Origin: Actinomycetes bacterium | Lineage (GTDB): Bacteria > Actinomycetota > Acidimicrobiia > Acidimicrobiales > Ilumatobacteraceae | NCBI GenBank assembly: GCA_031371195.1 | Contig: JANMJD010000090.1 | Coordinates: forward strand, 134-64,133 | Reading direction: 5' to 3' | Length of the DNA stretch: 64,000 nucleotides | Shown: piece after piece, positions 55,384-64,000 of the stretch | Numbering within the stretch: position 1 is the first letter of the stretch | Layout: every line of letters begins with the position of its first letter | Program-made: the position numbers and the translations under genes | The notes under the pieces: model-generated | Databases searched by the model: none | What the model was told of the DNA's origin: nothing | What the model saw: only the letters and a program-made list of their open reading frames with translations

Positions 55384-55412
55384 TTGACTATCTATAATAG
55401 CTGACATACACT
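55384..55412 (+). promoter_or_regulatory. predicted promoter of a leaderless padR transcript
   Basis: -35 TTGACT (55384-89), 17-nt spacer, -10 TACACT (55407-12, TANNNT type). The GTG start at 55419 lies 7 nt after the -10 and has no Shine-Dalgarno. The surrounding AT-rich patch is the divergent P450/padR control region. Confidence 0.45.
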
Positions 55413-55418
55413 CATAAC

Positions 55419-55775
55419 GTGAACCCGACGCATGACCCGCAATTCCTCAAGGGCGTGCTCTCGCTCCTGCTCCTCCAACTGCTGGCCGAGCGGGAGTCGT
55501 ACGGGTACGAGGTGGTACAGCGCCTGCACGGCGCCGGGTTGACCGACGTGCTCGACGGAACGGTCTATCCCGCGCTCTCCCGCCTCGAGCGAGAGGGCCG
55601 CGTCACCGCGCGGTTGGTCGCCTCGTCGTCGGGACCGGCGCGCAAGTACTACCGACCCACACCCGACGGATACGCCGCGCTCGCCGCGGGCGCGGCAGGT
55701 TGGCGATCTTTCGTCGCCGTCGTCGACGCCGTGATCGCTCACCCCGTCCCCACCGAACCGATCAAAGGAGCATGA
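55419..55775 (+). CDS. padR: PadR-family transcriptional regulator
   Basis: LLLLQLLAERESYGYEVVQRL...DGTVYPALSRLEREGRV...RKYYRPTPDG winged-helix signature. Confidence 0.9.
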   Translation: MNPTHDPQFLKGVLSLLLLQLLAERESYGYEVVQRLHGAGLTDVLDGTVYPALSRLEREGRVTARLVASSSGPARKYYRPTPDGYAALAAGAAGWRSFVAVVDAVIAHPVPTEPIKGA

Positions 55776-55776
55776 T

Positions 55777-56340
55777 ATGCAAGGACACGCGCAGCACACG
55801 ATCTCCTGGCTCGACCGCCTGCGTATCGAACGCGTCGTCTGGACGCTCGACCAGCGCCTGTACGACCTGCCCCGCCGATCCCGAATCGAAAAGCGTCGCG
55901 AGGTACGCGCCAACCTGCTCAGTGCCGCCCACGACGTCGGCACGGGCAACGCGCTGCGACAACTGGGCAACGGACGGCGCCTGGCGATGGAGTACTGCGA
56001 CGCCGAATTCGGCGACACCCCGCGGCCGTCGTGGATCGCCACGATCTATTTCGCCGGGACCCTGCCCCTGGTCCTGAACTGGGTGCTCTTCGAAGCGGCG
56101 TACGCCTTCCGGGACGGCATTCTCGCTGCCGACCCGCACGCCACCGGCTCGTACGTGTGGAGCGGCCTGCGCTACGTGCAATCCACCGTCACCTTCAGCT
56201 TCACCGACGGACAGGCGACCTGGGTGGGTGGGGCGTGGACACCCCTCTTGTGGGCGTTGTTCATCGGTGGAACGGTGCTCGTCGGCCGACTGTGGCGCAT
56301 TCCTCTGGCCTGGTGGCGCCGCCGGACACCGGCAACGTGA
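55777..56340 (+). CDS. PadR-associated membrane protein (hypothetical)
   Basis: Starts 1 nt after the padR stop. Soluble head followed by 2-3 TM helices, the usual architecture of genes paired with padR. No named family asserted. Confidence 0.6.
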   Translation: MQGHAQHTISWLDRLRIERVVWTLDQRLYDLPRRSRIEKRREVRANLLSAAHDVGTGNALRQLGNGRRLAMEYCDAEFGDTPRPSWIATIYFAGTLPLVLNWVLFEAAYAFRDGILAADPHATGSYVWSGLRYVQSTVTFSFTDGQATWVGGAWTPLLWALFIGGTVLVGRLWRIPLAWWRRRTPAT

Positions 56341-56404
56341 GGTGTCCCGTCGCAAAACAGGAAAATCCCTCTCCGGAGATAGGGCTTCTGAACTGGTGAT
56401 TTGT

Positions 56405-56482
56405 TGGTCGGGGTGGGGAGATTTGAACTCCCGGCCTCCACGTCCCGAACGTGGCGCGCTAACCAAGCTGCGCTACACCCCG
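56405..56482 (-). tRNA. tRNA-Pro: tRNA-Pro (anticodon CGG), CCA encoded
   Basis: The reverse complement folds as acceptor CGGGGTG/CACCCCG, D stem GCGC/GCGC and anticodon stem CCACG/CGTGG with loop TTCGGGA (CGG, G37). T arm GGGAG-TTCAAAT-CTCCC, discriminator A, CCA. 78 nt. Confidence 0.9.
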
Positions 56483-56500
56483 ATTGGTGCGGCCAGAACT

Positions 56501-56980
56501 CTACCCGGTCGGAGCGGTTTCGCCAGTCGGAGTTTCGTCGGAGCCGGTCGGAGTTTCGTCGGAGGCTGTGTCGGCGGCTGACTCGACCACCGGAACCGGA
56601 CCACCGGGGTAACGGCCGCCACCGGCGACGGCCATCACGGCCCGGCGGAGGCCGAAGGGGTCGAGCGGCTTGACCAGCCAGCCTTCGGCGTCGCTGCGCT
56701 TGGCCAGATGAAGATCGGCCGTACGATCGAGCAGCATCACCACCGGGACATGCGGCGCGTTGCCGCTGGATTCGTCGAGGCGCAGGTCCATCGTGACGGC
56801 CATGGCACCCTTCGATCCGCACTGCAGATCGAGAATCGCCACGTCGGGCGGGCGCTGCTTGACCGCAGCAGTCACAGCCCGACCGTCGCTGCACACCAGG
56901 AAGCTGGTGCCCGGCTCCTCGAGCGCGGCTCGAATCTCGTTGATAACCCAATCGGCGTCGGTGGCCACCAGTACATGCAC
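56501..56980 (-). CDS. stand-alone response-regulator receiver domain protein
   Basis: VLVATDAD, acceptor context DVAILDLQ, and K in WLVKPLDP. The tail carries a duplicated SDETPTG / ETPTGE repeat. Confidence 0.75.
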   Translation of the reverse strand: MHVLVATDADWVINEIRAALEEPGTSFLVCSDGRAVTAAVKQRPPDVAILDLQCGSKGAMAVTMDLRLDESSGNAPHVPVVMLLDRTADLHLAKRSDAEGWLVKPLDPFGLRRAVMAVAGGGRYPGGPVPVVESAADTASDETPTGSDETPTGETAPTG

Positions 56981-56991
56981 GAGGTCCGACG

Positions 56992-58134
56992 TTACCCGCC
57001 ACCGGCCGCCGGCGCGAAGAGATGCCCCTCGATCTCGGTCAACCCCGCCAGATCGTGGACGTCGCCCGCCAGCAGCGGCACTTCGGCGTGTATCGCCGGG
57101 CCGACGTCGTCGAGCAGCGGCGCCACAGCAGCCCGCTCACGGGTCGCCACCTGGTGGAGTTCGGCCATGTTCACCCGCGCGTCGGCGTCCAGTGGGCCAA
57201 CGGAGTCCGGAGGGGGTCCGAACCAGGGGTGCAGCCGGTTGACGATCACCGCCGAAACGACGAGCCCGGCATCGGCCAGCCTGTCGGCGAAGAAGCCGGC
57301 CTCGGCGATGGCATCGTGTCGCGGCGAAGCGACCAGCACGTAGCGGGTCGAGGCATCGCGCAATAGACCGAGGACGGTCTGCGCCCGGTCGCGAAAGCCG
57401 GCCTCCATCCCGTCGAACGCCTGGAAGAACCCCATTACATCGGCGATCACCTCGCCGCCGACCACCTTGGCGATCGGCTTGAGCATCAACTGGGTGGCCG
57501 TTCCGAGCACTCTCAGTCCCAGCTTCGACGGGGCCGTCAACGCCCGATACACCCGGTGGTCGAGGAAGCGGGTCAACCGGGCCGGTGCATCGAGAAAGTC
57601 CAATGCGTTGCGGGTCGGTGGGGTGTCGACGACGACCAGGTCGAAGCGATCGTCATGATGCAGTTGGTAGAGCTTCTCGGCCGCCATGTACTCCTGCGTT
57701 CCCGAAAGCGCTCCCGAGATGTTGCGATAAAAGCGATTCCCGGTGATTGCCACCGCCTGCTCCGGCGTAGTCGAATAGCGGCTGACCAGGGTGTCGAACG
57801 TGGTGCGGGTGTCGAGCATCATCGCCCACAGCTCGCCGCCGGGCACGACGCTCGACATGTCGCCGAAGGCCACCCGGGTCGGTTCGTTCGACAAGCCGTC
57901 GGCACCGAGGCCCAGGGCGTCGGCCAGGCGTTTGGCCGGGTCGATCGTCACGACCACGGCTCGGCGACCCTGCCGGGCGGCATGCAGGGCAAGCACGGCG
58001 GCGGTCGTCGTCTTGCCCACCCCGCCCGACCCGCAGCACAGCAGGATGCGCGACGAGGCGACCAGGGCGTCGAGCTCCGAAGGCTCGGACTCGGCCTCGG
58101 GCTCGGGCTCGGACGGTGGCGCGCTGCGGGCCAT
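56992..58134 (-). CDS. ArsA/Get3-family ATPase
   Basis: Deviant Walker A CCGSGGVGKTT, TIDPAKRLADALG, and VVVDTPPT (Walker B region). Confidence 0.85.
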   Translation of the reverse strand: MARSAPPSEPEPEAESEPSELDALVASSRILLCCGSGGVGKTTTAAVLALHAARQGRRAVVVTIDPAKRLADALGLGADGLSNEPTRVAFGDMSSVVPGGELWAMMLDTRTTFDTLVSRYSTTPEQAVAITGNRFYRNISGALSGTQEYMAAEKLYQLHHDDRFDLVVVDTPPTRNALDFLDAPARLTRFLDHRVYRALTAPSKLGLRVLGTATQLMLKPIAKVVGGEVIADVMGFFQAFDGMEAGFRDRAQTVLGLLRDASTRYVLVASPRHDAIAEAGFFADRLADAGLVVSAVIVNRLHPWFGPPPDSVGPLDADARVNMAELHQVATRERAAVAPLLDDVGPAIHAEVPLLAGDVHDLAGLTEIEGHLFAPAAGGG

Positions 58135-59054
58135 CAGGGCAGCGATCCGATCTCGGCGAGCAGGTGCTGCGACAACTCCACCACGTCATCGGACGAGAGC
58201 CCGGCAGTGAAGACGAACGGCAGGTGCAGCTGATGGAGTGGCAGCCGGCGGGCGAGGTCGGCGAGTTGCTCGCGTTGCGCATCGCAGCGCGACCGCCGGA
58301 ACTCCGCAGCGGCCCCCAGGTTGCCGGTCAGCCCGTCGCGCAGCGAGCGGGGCGGGTAGATCCCATTGACCACGACCGGGCCAAGGGCAACGCCGACCCG
58401 ATCCTCCAGCGCGTACGAGGTCTCGACCAACTCGTTGACGGGGGTCGGCTCGGGGAGGGTGACCAGGATCACCTGGCAGCGCGCTGCGTCGGTGAGCAGC
58501 TCGTGGACGTCGCGGGCCTGAGTCTGGATCGGCCCGACCCGTACGGATTCGAGCAGCCCGGCCGCGGCCTGCAGAAAGCTGATGGCGTGCCCGGCGGCCG
58601 GTGCATCGACGAGCAGCAGGTCGTACTCGCCCGACCGCTCGAGTTGTTTGATCTTGCCCAGTACCAGGATGTCCTCGATACCGGGCGCGGCCGTCGACAC
58701 GACGTCGAGTACTCCACCTGAGGCCAGCCGGCCCGAGAGACGACCGAATCCATGCCCGGCGAGATACTCACGCAGCGCCTCTCCGGGGGCGACCTGCCGA
58801 CCGTCGATCGCGCCGCGGCCGGCGGGACCGAGACCGTCGACGACATCGCGCGACTCGTACCCGAACGTCGCATCCCGTGACCCGCCGAGCATGTGGGCGA
58901 GACCCGCCTTGCCCTGCACGTCGATGACGAGGACACGCAATCCGGAGTCGGCTGCCGCACGGGCAAGGACAGCCGTTACCGTTGTCTTGCCGACGCCGCC
59001 CTTCCCGGCCACGATGACCAAGCGGGAGGCGGCAAAGAATTGCAGTGGATCCAC
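58134..59054 (-). CDS. ArsA/Get3-family ATPase (second, shorter paralog)
   Basis: VIVAGKGGVGKTT P-loop and LLLVDAPAAGHA switch region. Its stop overlaps the start of the downstream paralog. Confidence 0.85.
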   Translation of the reverse strand: MDPLQFFAASRLVIVAGKGGVGKTTVTAVLARAAADSGLRVLVIDVQGKAGLAHMLGGSRDATFGYESRDVVDGLGPAGRGAIDGRQVAPGEALREYLAGHGFGRLSGRLASGGVLDVVSTAAPGIEDILVLGKIKQLERSGEYDLLLVDAPAAGHAISFLQAAAGLLESVRVGPIQTQARDVHELLTDAARCQVILVTLPEPTPVNELVETSYALEDRVGVALGPVVVNGIYPPRSLRDGLTGNLGAAAEFRRSRCDAQREQLADLARRLPLHQLHLPFVFTAGLSSDDVVELSQHLLAEIGSLP

Positions 59055-60391
59055 ACGCCCTCCGGAGGCCCTCGTTGCGCAGACTAGCTATCGCCCTGCT
59101 CGTTGCCGGAGCCGTCCTCGGTTTTGCCTCGGGTTCGCGGGCCGGCGCCCAGGCCACGACCGACGCGCCACCTCCGGTCGATGTGTTCGAAGTATCGGGT
59201 CTGGTCGACCCGATCGTCGCCGACGAGATCGATCGGGCGATCGATCGAGCCGAGGCGAACGGCTCGCAGGCCCTGGTACTGCAGCTCAACTCCAAGCAGG
59301 CGGTCGTCACCCGCGAGCGGATGGCGGAGCTGGCTGCCCATATCGCCCATGCCGATATCCCCGTCGCCATCTGGGTTGGTCCCTCGGGCGCCCGGGCGTT
59401 CGGCCTTCCCGGGCAGTTGATCGGCGCCGCAGCCGCCAGCGGCATGGCCCCGGGTACGCGCATCGGCCGATTCGGCGAACCCTTGACCATCGACGGCGCC
59501 CCCCTCGAATTCGGCACCGCTACCGGCATGCTGACGGCCAAGGAACTCGGCGCCGACGACGCCCGCGCCCAGGGTGTGCTCAAGCTGGAGATCAACGACC
59601 GCGGGGTGCCGGTGCTGCGCAACATGATCTCGGCCCTGGACGGATTGTCGTTCAACGCCAAGACCCTGCACACCGTCTATGACGCACCCGACGGTGACGG
59701 GGTGATCAAGCCGACGGTGGCGACGCCGCGGTTCTTCAAACTCGGGCTGGTACCTCGCCTGTTCCACACCGTGGCGAGTCCGCCGGTGGCCTATCTGTTC
59801 TTCGTCATCGGTGCGGCCCTGTTGATCTTCGAATTCTTCACCGCCGGCGTCGGCGTCGCCGGGGTGCTCGGGGTGATCTGCGTGATCTTCGGCTCCTACG
59901 GATTCGGCGTACTGCCGCTACGCGGCTGGGCCCTGGCAACCATCATCATCGCGTTCGCTGCGTTCGCCGTCGACGTGCAGGTCGGCGTCCCCCGCCTGTG
60001 GACCGGTATCGGAATGGTGCTCTTCACGTTGGGTTCGGTGCTGCTCTACCGCGAGCAGATCCACATGTCGTGGGTCACGCTGATCGTGGCGGTCGCCGGC
60101 ATCGCCCTCACCTTCATCACCGGCATGCCCTCGATGGTTCGAACCCGCTTCGCCACGCCGACGATCGGGCGCGAATGGATGATCGGCGAATTCGGCGATG
60201 CGGTCGGGGAGTTGGCACCCAACGGTGTCGTGCGCATCGGCGACGCCAAGTGGCGGGCGCGGACCAACCGGGCGACACCGGTCGCCGCCGGTGACCGGGT
60301 GCGAGTCGTCGCCATCGACGGCGTCACACTCGAGGTCGAGCCCGAACAGGGCGCGGCGCGCGACTATCGCGAACGACGCGCCAAGTCGTAG
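59045..60391 (+). CDS. nfeD: NfeD-family membrane-bound protease homolog (long form)
   Basis: Signal/TM, ClpP-like N-domain, 4-5 TM helices. C-terminal OB-fold GVVRIGDAKWRARTN...GDRVRVVAIDGVTLEVEP. GTG 59045 would overlap the divergent ArsA start, so TTG 59075 (LRRLAIALLVAG) is a plausible alternative. Confidence 0.8.
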   Translation: MDPHALRRPSLRRLAIALLVAGAVLGFASGSRAGAQATTDAPPPVDVFEVSGLVDPIVADEIDRAIDRAEANGSQALVLQLNSKQAVVTRERMAELAAHIAHADIPVAIWVGPSGARAFGLPGQLIGAAAASGMAPGTRIGRFGEPLTIDGAPLEFGTATGMLTAKELGADDARAQGVLKLEINDRGVPVLRNMISALDGLSFNAKTLHTVYDAPDGDGVIKPTVATPRFFKLGLVPRLFHTVASPPVAYLFFVIGAALLIFEFFTAGVGVAGVLGVICVIFGSYGFGVLPLRGWALATIIIAFAAFAVDVQVGVPRLWTGIGMVLFTLGSVLLYREQIHMSWVTLIVAVAGIALTFITGMPSMVRTRFATPTIGREWMIGEFGDAVGELAPNGVVRIGDAKWRARTNRATPVAAGDRVRVVAIDGVTLEVEPEQGAARDYRERRAKS

Positions 60392-60430
60392 GCCGCGCGA
60401 CACCCGGGCCCGATCGACCGCTGGTGCTGA

Positions 60431-61303
60431 TCACCCGGGGATTCGGCCGGTCACGATCCACGCGGCCGCCGGGAGCGCAATCGCCCCGTCGACGATGTAG
60501 CCGGCCAAATCGGCGCGAACTGCGGCAAAAGCATCGTCTCGTTGCGCCGGCGACAGGTATCGCTCGGCCAGGACACCGGCCTCGGAGCCGACTACCAGCT
60601 TGAGTGCGTTGTCGATGCCGTCATCACCGAAATCGAACCCGATCGTCGGGGTGATCGAGCGGAAGTCGACATCGACCCATCCCGCAGCCTCGATCCGGTC
60701 GGCGGCGCGCCCGGGATCGGCGAAGGCGACAGGCCCCGGAGCCGTCGGATCCGGGAGGGGCGGGGGGTCGGCGATGAGCGCCCGGATGTGGCGGCCCATG
60801 GTGAAGAAGGGGTTGAGCGTCGCCGCCTGCCAACACACGAACGCCATCCGCCCGCCGGGCCGTATGGCGCGGGCGATGTTGGTGAAGGCGGCGGTCGGAT
60901 CGTCGAAGAACATCACCCCGAACCGCGAAACCATTGCGTCGTAACGGCCATCGTCGCCATCTGTAGTAGCGGCCGCCCGGTCGAATCGGTCGGTCTGGGC
61001 ATCGGCGACGGCGAAGGTGACGGTGCGACGTCCGGCGGTTCGCTCGCGGGCGTGGGCGATCATCACCGGGGAGATGTCGACGCCGTGAACCCGTGATTCG
61101 TCACCGGTCCGATCGGCCACGGCCAAGGTCGTGCTGCCATAGCCGCAACCCGCATCGAGCACCCGTTCCCCCGCCCGGGGAGCCAGCGCCTCGACCACGG
61201 CAGCTTGGAACGGGAGGAGCATCCGGTCGTAGAGGTCGCGCTGGGCGACCCATCGAGGGCCGCTGATATCGGTCCAGGCGGCGCGCTGCAGGTCATTGGG
61301 CAT
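60431..61303 (-). CDS. class I SAM-dependent methyltransferase
   Basis: ATG at 61303. Motif I VLDAGCGYGSTT, VHGVDIS, and RPGGRMAFVCW. The ORF extension to 61555 overlaps glpD antisense. Confidence 0.8.
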   Translation of the reverse strand: MPNDLQRAAWTDISGPRWVAQRDLYDRMLLPFQAAVVEALAPRAGERVLDAGCGYGSTTLAVADRTGDESRVHGVDISPVMIAHARERTAGRRTVTFAVADAQTDRFDRAAATTDGDDGRYDAMVSRFGVMFFDDPTAAFTNIARAIRPGGRMAFVCWQAATLNPFFTMGRHIRALIADPPPLPDPTAPGPVAFADPGRAADRIEAAGWVDVDFRSITPTIGFDFGDDGIDNALKLVVGSEAGVLAERYLSPAQRDDAFAAVRADLAGYIVDGAIALPAAAWIVTGRIPG

Positions 61304-61367
61304 CGGTTCATTCTGGCCGCACACCAGGGCACACGCCGACCCCGTCAGGTAGAAAGTGGGGACACCT

Positions 61368-63086
61368 ATGCGAATCGAACGAGATCTCACGCGCCTCGGC
61401 GACCCTTTCGACGTCGTCATCATCGGCGCCGGCATCACCGGCGTGTGTGTCGCTCGCGAGGCGGCCGGGCGGGGGCTGCGCACGCTGGTGATCGACAAGG
61501 GCGACTTCGGCGGCGGAACGTCGTCGGCCACCAGCAAGTACATCCACGGCGGCATCCGCTACCTCGAGAGCTACCAGTTCGGTGTCGTGCGCGAATCGCT
61601 GCGTGAGCGGCGCATCCTCGCCCTGGGTGCGCCCCATCTGGTGCATCAGACGCGGTTCTTGATGCCGGCGTGGCGCTGGAGCAAACCCCCGACCCCGTTG
61701 ATCGGTGCCGGCGTCGCCCTGTACGACCTGTTGTCGTTCGACCGCAATCGCCACGCCCCGCCCAGCCTCGAAATTCCCCACCCCCGGTGGTTGTCGAGAG
61801 CCAAGCTGCAGGCGGCGGTCCCGTGGCTCGATGGCGAAGGCCTGCAGGGGGCGTTCGCTTACCACGACACGATGAACGTCCATCCCGAGCGGTTGCTGCT
61901 GGCGTATCTGAAGAGTGCCGCCGCACTGGGCGCTGTCGCCATCAACCACGCCAAGGCCACCGGCTTCATCACCCGCCCGGCCGATCCCGGCGGGGGCACA
62001 GCTGACGGCATCATCGTCGAGGGTGTCGTCGTCGAGGACCAACTCACCGGCACCACGCACCGCGTGGCGGCCGGTACGGTCGTCAACGCAGCGGGGCCGT
62101 GGATGGACGTGGTGCTGCGCGCGCTGGGGCGCCCGCTCGGCGTCAAGGTGCAGCGATCAAAGGGCGTCCACCTGCTGACCCGGCCGCTGGGCGGCAACGA
62201 CACCGTCTTCGCCCGGGCTCGCAGCGGTCACCACGTCATCGTCTCGCCGTGGCAGGGGCGTTCATACATCGGTCCCACCGACACGGCGATCACCGACGAA
62301 CCCGACGACGTGCGCACCGAGCACAGCGACGTCGCCCTGGTCCTCGACACGATCAACTCGGCCCTCAACTCCTCGGCGAAACCGTTGACCGAGGCCGACA
62401 TCGAATCGACATCCGTCGGAATACGCCCGCTGATCGTGCAGGAGGGCAAGGACAGCTATCACACCAGCCGGCGCCATGAGCTGTACAACCACGCCCAGAC
62501 CGGCGTGACCAACCTGTGGTCGATCGGCGGGGGCAAGTGGACCACGGGACGAGCGACCGGGGTCGAGGTGGTCGGCGCGCTGCTCAAGTCGCCGGTACTC
62601 AAGGGCCGCCGCACGACGGAGTACAACTCGGCTCGCCAGCCGGTGGACGGAGCCTTTGCCTGGGCCACCGATGCGGCACCGTTCCTCGAGCAGGCGGCGC
62701 GCTCCCGCCCCCACCTTCCGCTGTCGATCCGGTTCCGCAACCACCTTGCTCGACTCTACGGCACGGAATGCGAGCGGCTGTACGATCTCATCGAGCACGA
62801 CGGGTCGCTGGCCAACCGGATCTCCGAGCGCGAGGGGTGCCTCGACCTTGCCGCCCAGGCCGTGTTCGCCGTGACCGACGAAGGGGCGCGGACGCTCGCC
62901 GACGTCCTCGATCGCCGACTCGTGCTCGGCACCCTCGGCCGGGTGACCGCCGACGAGATCGAGCGGCTGGCCCGCCTGATCGGCCCGCTCCTCGGTTGGA
63001 GCGAGGGTTCGACGATCGCCGCGGCCGAGACCGAGGTCGCCCGCCGGGCGGCGATCGAAGCGCGCTGGCGCACCTCGAAGCCATAG
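61368..63086 (+). CDS. glpD: FAD-dependent glycerol-3-phosphate dehydrogenase
   Basis: DVVIIGAGITGVCVAREAAGRG, GGTSSATSKYIHGGIRYLE, and the C-terminal GlpD helical domain. ATG at 61368 (GTG 61356 also possible). Confidence 0.9.
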   Translation: MRIERDLTRLGDPFDVVIIGAGITGVCVAREAAGRGLRTLVIDKGDFGGGTSSATSKYIHGGIRYLESYQFGVVRESLRERRILALGAPHLVHQTRFLMPAWRWSKPPTPLIGAGVALYDLLSFDRNRHAPPSLEIPHPRWLSRAKLQAAVPWLDGEGLQGAFAYHDTMNVHPERLLLAYLKSAAALGAVAINHAKATGFITRPADPGGGTADGIIVEGVVVEDQLTGTTHRVAAGTVVNAAGPWMDVVLRALGRPLGVKVQRSKGVHLLTRPLGGNDTVFARARSGHHVIVSPWQGRSYIGPTDTAITDEPDDVRTEHSDVALVLDTINSALNSSAKPLTEADIESTSVGIRPLIVQEGKDSYHTSRRHELYNHAQTGVTNLWSIGGGKWTTGRATGVEVVGALLKSPVLKGRRTTEYNSARQPVDGAFAWATDAAPFLEQAARSRPHLPLSIRFRNHLARLYGTECERLYDLIEHDGSLANRISEREGCLDLAAQAVFAVTDEGARTLADVLDRRLVLGTLGRVTADEIERLARLIGPLLGWSEGSTIAAAETEVARRAAIEARWRTSKP

Positions 63087-63129
63087 AGCGTCACGAATCA
63101 GCAGGTCCTGTCAATGAGTGAATCTGCCA

Positions 63130-63158
63130 TTGAAACAAGTTAACCAACCACGTAGAGT
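63130..63158 (+). promoter_or_regulatory. predicted whiB promoter
   Basis: -35 TTGAAA (63130-35), 17-nt spacer, -10 TAGAGT (63153-58), in a visibly AT-richer stretch upstream of whiB. Confidence 0.4.
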
Positions 63159-63177
63159 TATCTGAGTCGATCAAGCG

Positions 63178-63468
63178 GTGGGAGAAGCACCTAGAGTGTT
63201 GACCTCGGTAGCGAACGGTATGGCGGTAACTTCCGAATGGAAGATGATGGCGGCGTGCCGTGGGCCGCGGGCCTCGCTCTTCTACGCACCGACCCACACG
63301 GAGCGCAAAGGTATACGGATCGCCCGGGAGCGACAGGCCAAGTCGGTGTGCAACACATGCCCGGTGCGCAGCGTCTGCCTGGAGCATGCGCTCGATCACG
63401 ACGAGCGGCATGGCGTCTGGGGCGGACTCACCGAATCGGAGCGCGCCACTCTGATCGCCCGTCGCTGA
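63178..63468 (+). CDS. whiB: WhiB-family [4Fe-4S] transcriptional regulator
   Basis: Four Cys (AACRG..., CNTCPVRSVC = CxxCxxxxxC). GVWGG turn followed by a basic tail. The start is ambiguous (GTG 63178, GTG 63196, ATG 63220). Confidence 0.9.
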   Translation: MGEAPRVLTSVANGMAVTSEWKMMAACRGPRASLFYAPTHTERKGIRIARERQAKSVCNTCPVRSVCLEHALDHDERHGVWGGLTESERATLIARR

Positions 63469-63481
63469 CCCTCCGACACCG

Positions 63482-64000
63482 TCAGACGGTCATGGCCTCG
63501 AGTTCGGGCTTGACCTCGTTGATGAACAGCTCCAACGTATGACGGGACTCTTCGAAGGTCATGTCACCGGTGGGGAGCTGCAGCACGATGTAGTCCGACT
63601 TGCCCTCGGTCACATACGACTTCATCCGTTCACGCACCTGCGCCGGCGTGCCCGAGTTGGCGGTGAGGCCGGGCAGCATCGCCTCGCCACCGGGCCCGGC
63701 GATGGCCTGGGCGCCACGGGCGAGCGGGTTGAGGGCGGCCTCGGCCCCCTCCTCGCCCAGCGCCAACGCGTCGAATGTGTGGACGTGCACGATGCGGCGC
63801 ATCAGCCCCATCCAGCCGCGCCCGGCGATCTCCTTGGCGATCGCCTCGTCCTCGTGGACGGCGAGCAGTTCGGTACAGCCCACCCGTGGTTTCGCGCCGG
63901 GAGCATCGGCACGGATCGGACCGTCGACGTTGTCGTACCAGTTCTTCAGGTACAGCTCGTAGGCCTCGTCGGGGATAGGCCCCGACCACATCAGGTTCAG
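63482..64000 (-). CDS. luciferase-like (LLM) flavin/F420-dependent oxidoreductase, C-terminal part (gene continues past the right edge)
   Basis: The frame stays open to the window end (...LNLMWSGP). The C-terminal pattern GTPAQVRERMKSYVTEGKSDYIVLQL is typical of LLM-class enzymes. Confidence 0.6.
   Translation of the reverse strand: MNLMWSGPIPDEAYELYLKNWYDNVDGPIRADAPGAKPRVGCTELLAVHEDEAIAKEIAGRGWMGLMRRIVHVHTFDALALGEEGAEAALNPLARGAQAIAGPGGEAMLPGLTANSGTPAQVRERMKSYVTEGKSDYIVLQLPTGDMTFEESRHTLELFINEVKPELEAMTV

Noticed and set aside
55384-55398. TTGACT followed by TATAAT as the padR promoter
   Set aside because: Only 3 nt separate the two hexamers. TTGACT with the TACACT box 17 nt downstream has proper geometry, and TATAAT may instead serve the divergent P450 promoter or be part of the operator.
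48543-56404. Genomic island integrated at the 3-prime end of tRNA-Pro
   Set aside because: No integrase, no repeat of the tRNA 3-prime end found by eye, and no other mobility genes. The gene content (esterase, P450, PadR, sulfotransferase) is merely variable-looking.

Overview
High-GC, gene-dense chromosomal segment that looks actinobacterial: WhiB regulator, paired ArsA/Get3-like ATPases, ask/asd, GTG starts, TANNNT -10 boxes. It may be Acidimicrobiia-like, but I cannot verify taxonomy from sequence alone. About 63 protein genes and one tRNA-Pro(CGG) are supportable, nearly all housekeeping or envelope functions. These include msrA, glgA-glgC plus sugar kinases, sucCD preceded by a stand-alone B12-binding mutase subunit, xseAB, aat, hbd, a two-component system divergent from an HtrA protease, lysC and asd, a GGDEF-EAL protein, a P450, a PadR pair, glpD and whiB. 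I found no transposase, integrase, phage gene, CRISPR array or recognisable defence system, so this is not an obvious accessory island. The best candidates for something new: (1) A roughly 9 kb carotenoid cluster (crtE-crtI-crtB-cruF-crtD-GT2, a divergent PlsY paralog, a CrtA-like oxygenase and crtZ). Its gene set predicts a myxol-type hydroxylated, glycosylated and possibly acylated carotenoid, yet no lycopene cyclase is visible. (2) A roughly 125-aa module that I cannot assign to a named family. It is present in six copies on two secreted proteins 40 kb apart, one an RCC1 propeller and one an esterase. (3) An N-lobe-less membrane pseudokinase next to a sulfotransferase/MazG-like operon. (4) Non-coding repeats: short tandem arrays of 15-17 bp units filling three convergent gene junctions, and a shared stem-loop element flanking a DUF559 endonuclease-like gene. 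(5) ask and asd split by three inserted genes and a 541-bp low-GC leader. All functional calls rest on motifs read by eye from the translations. No database search was run.
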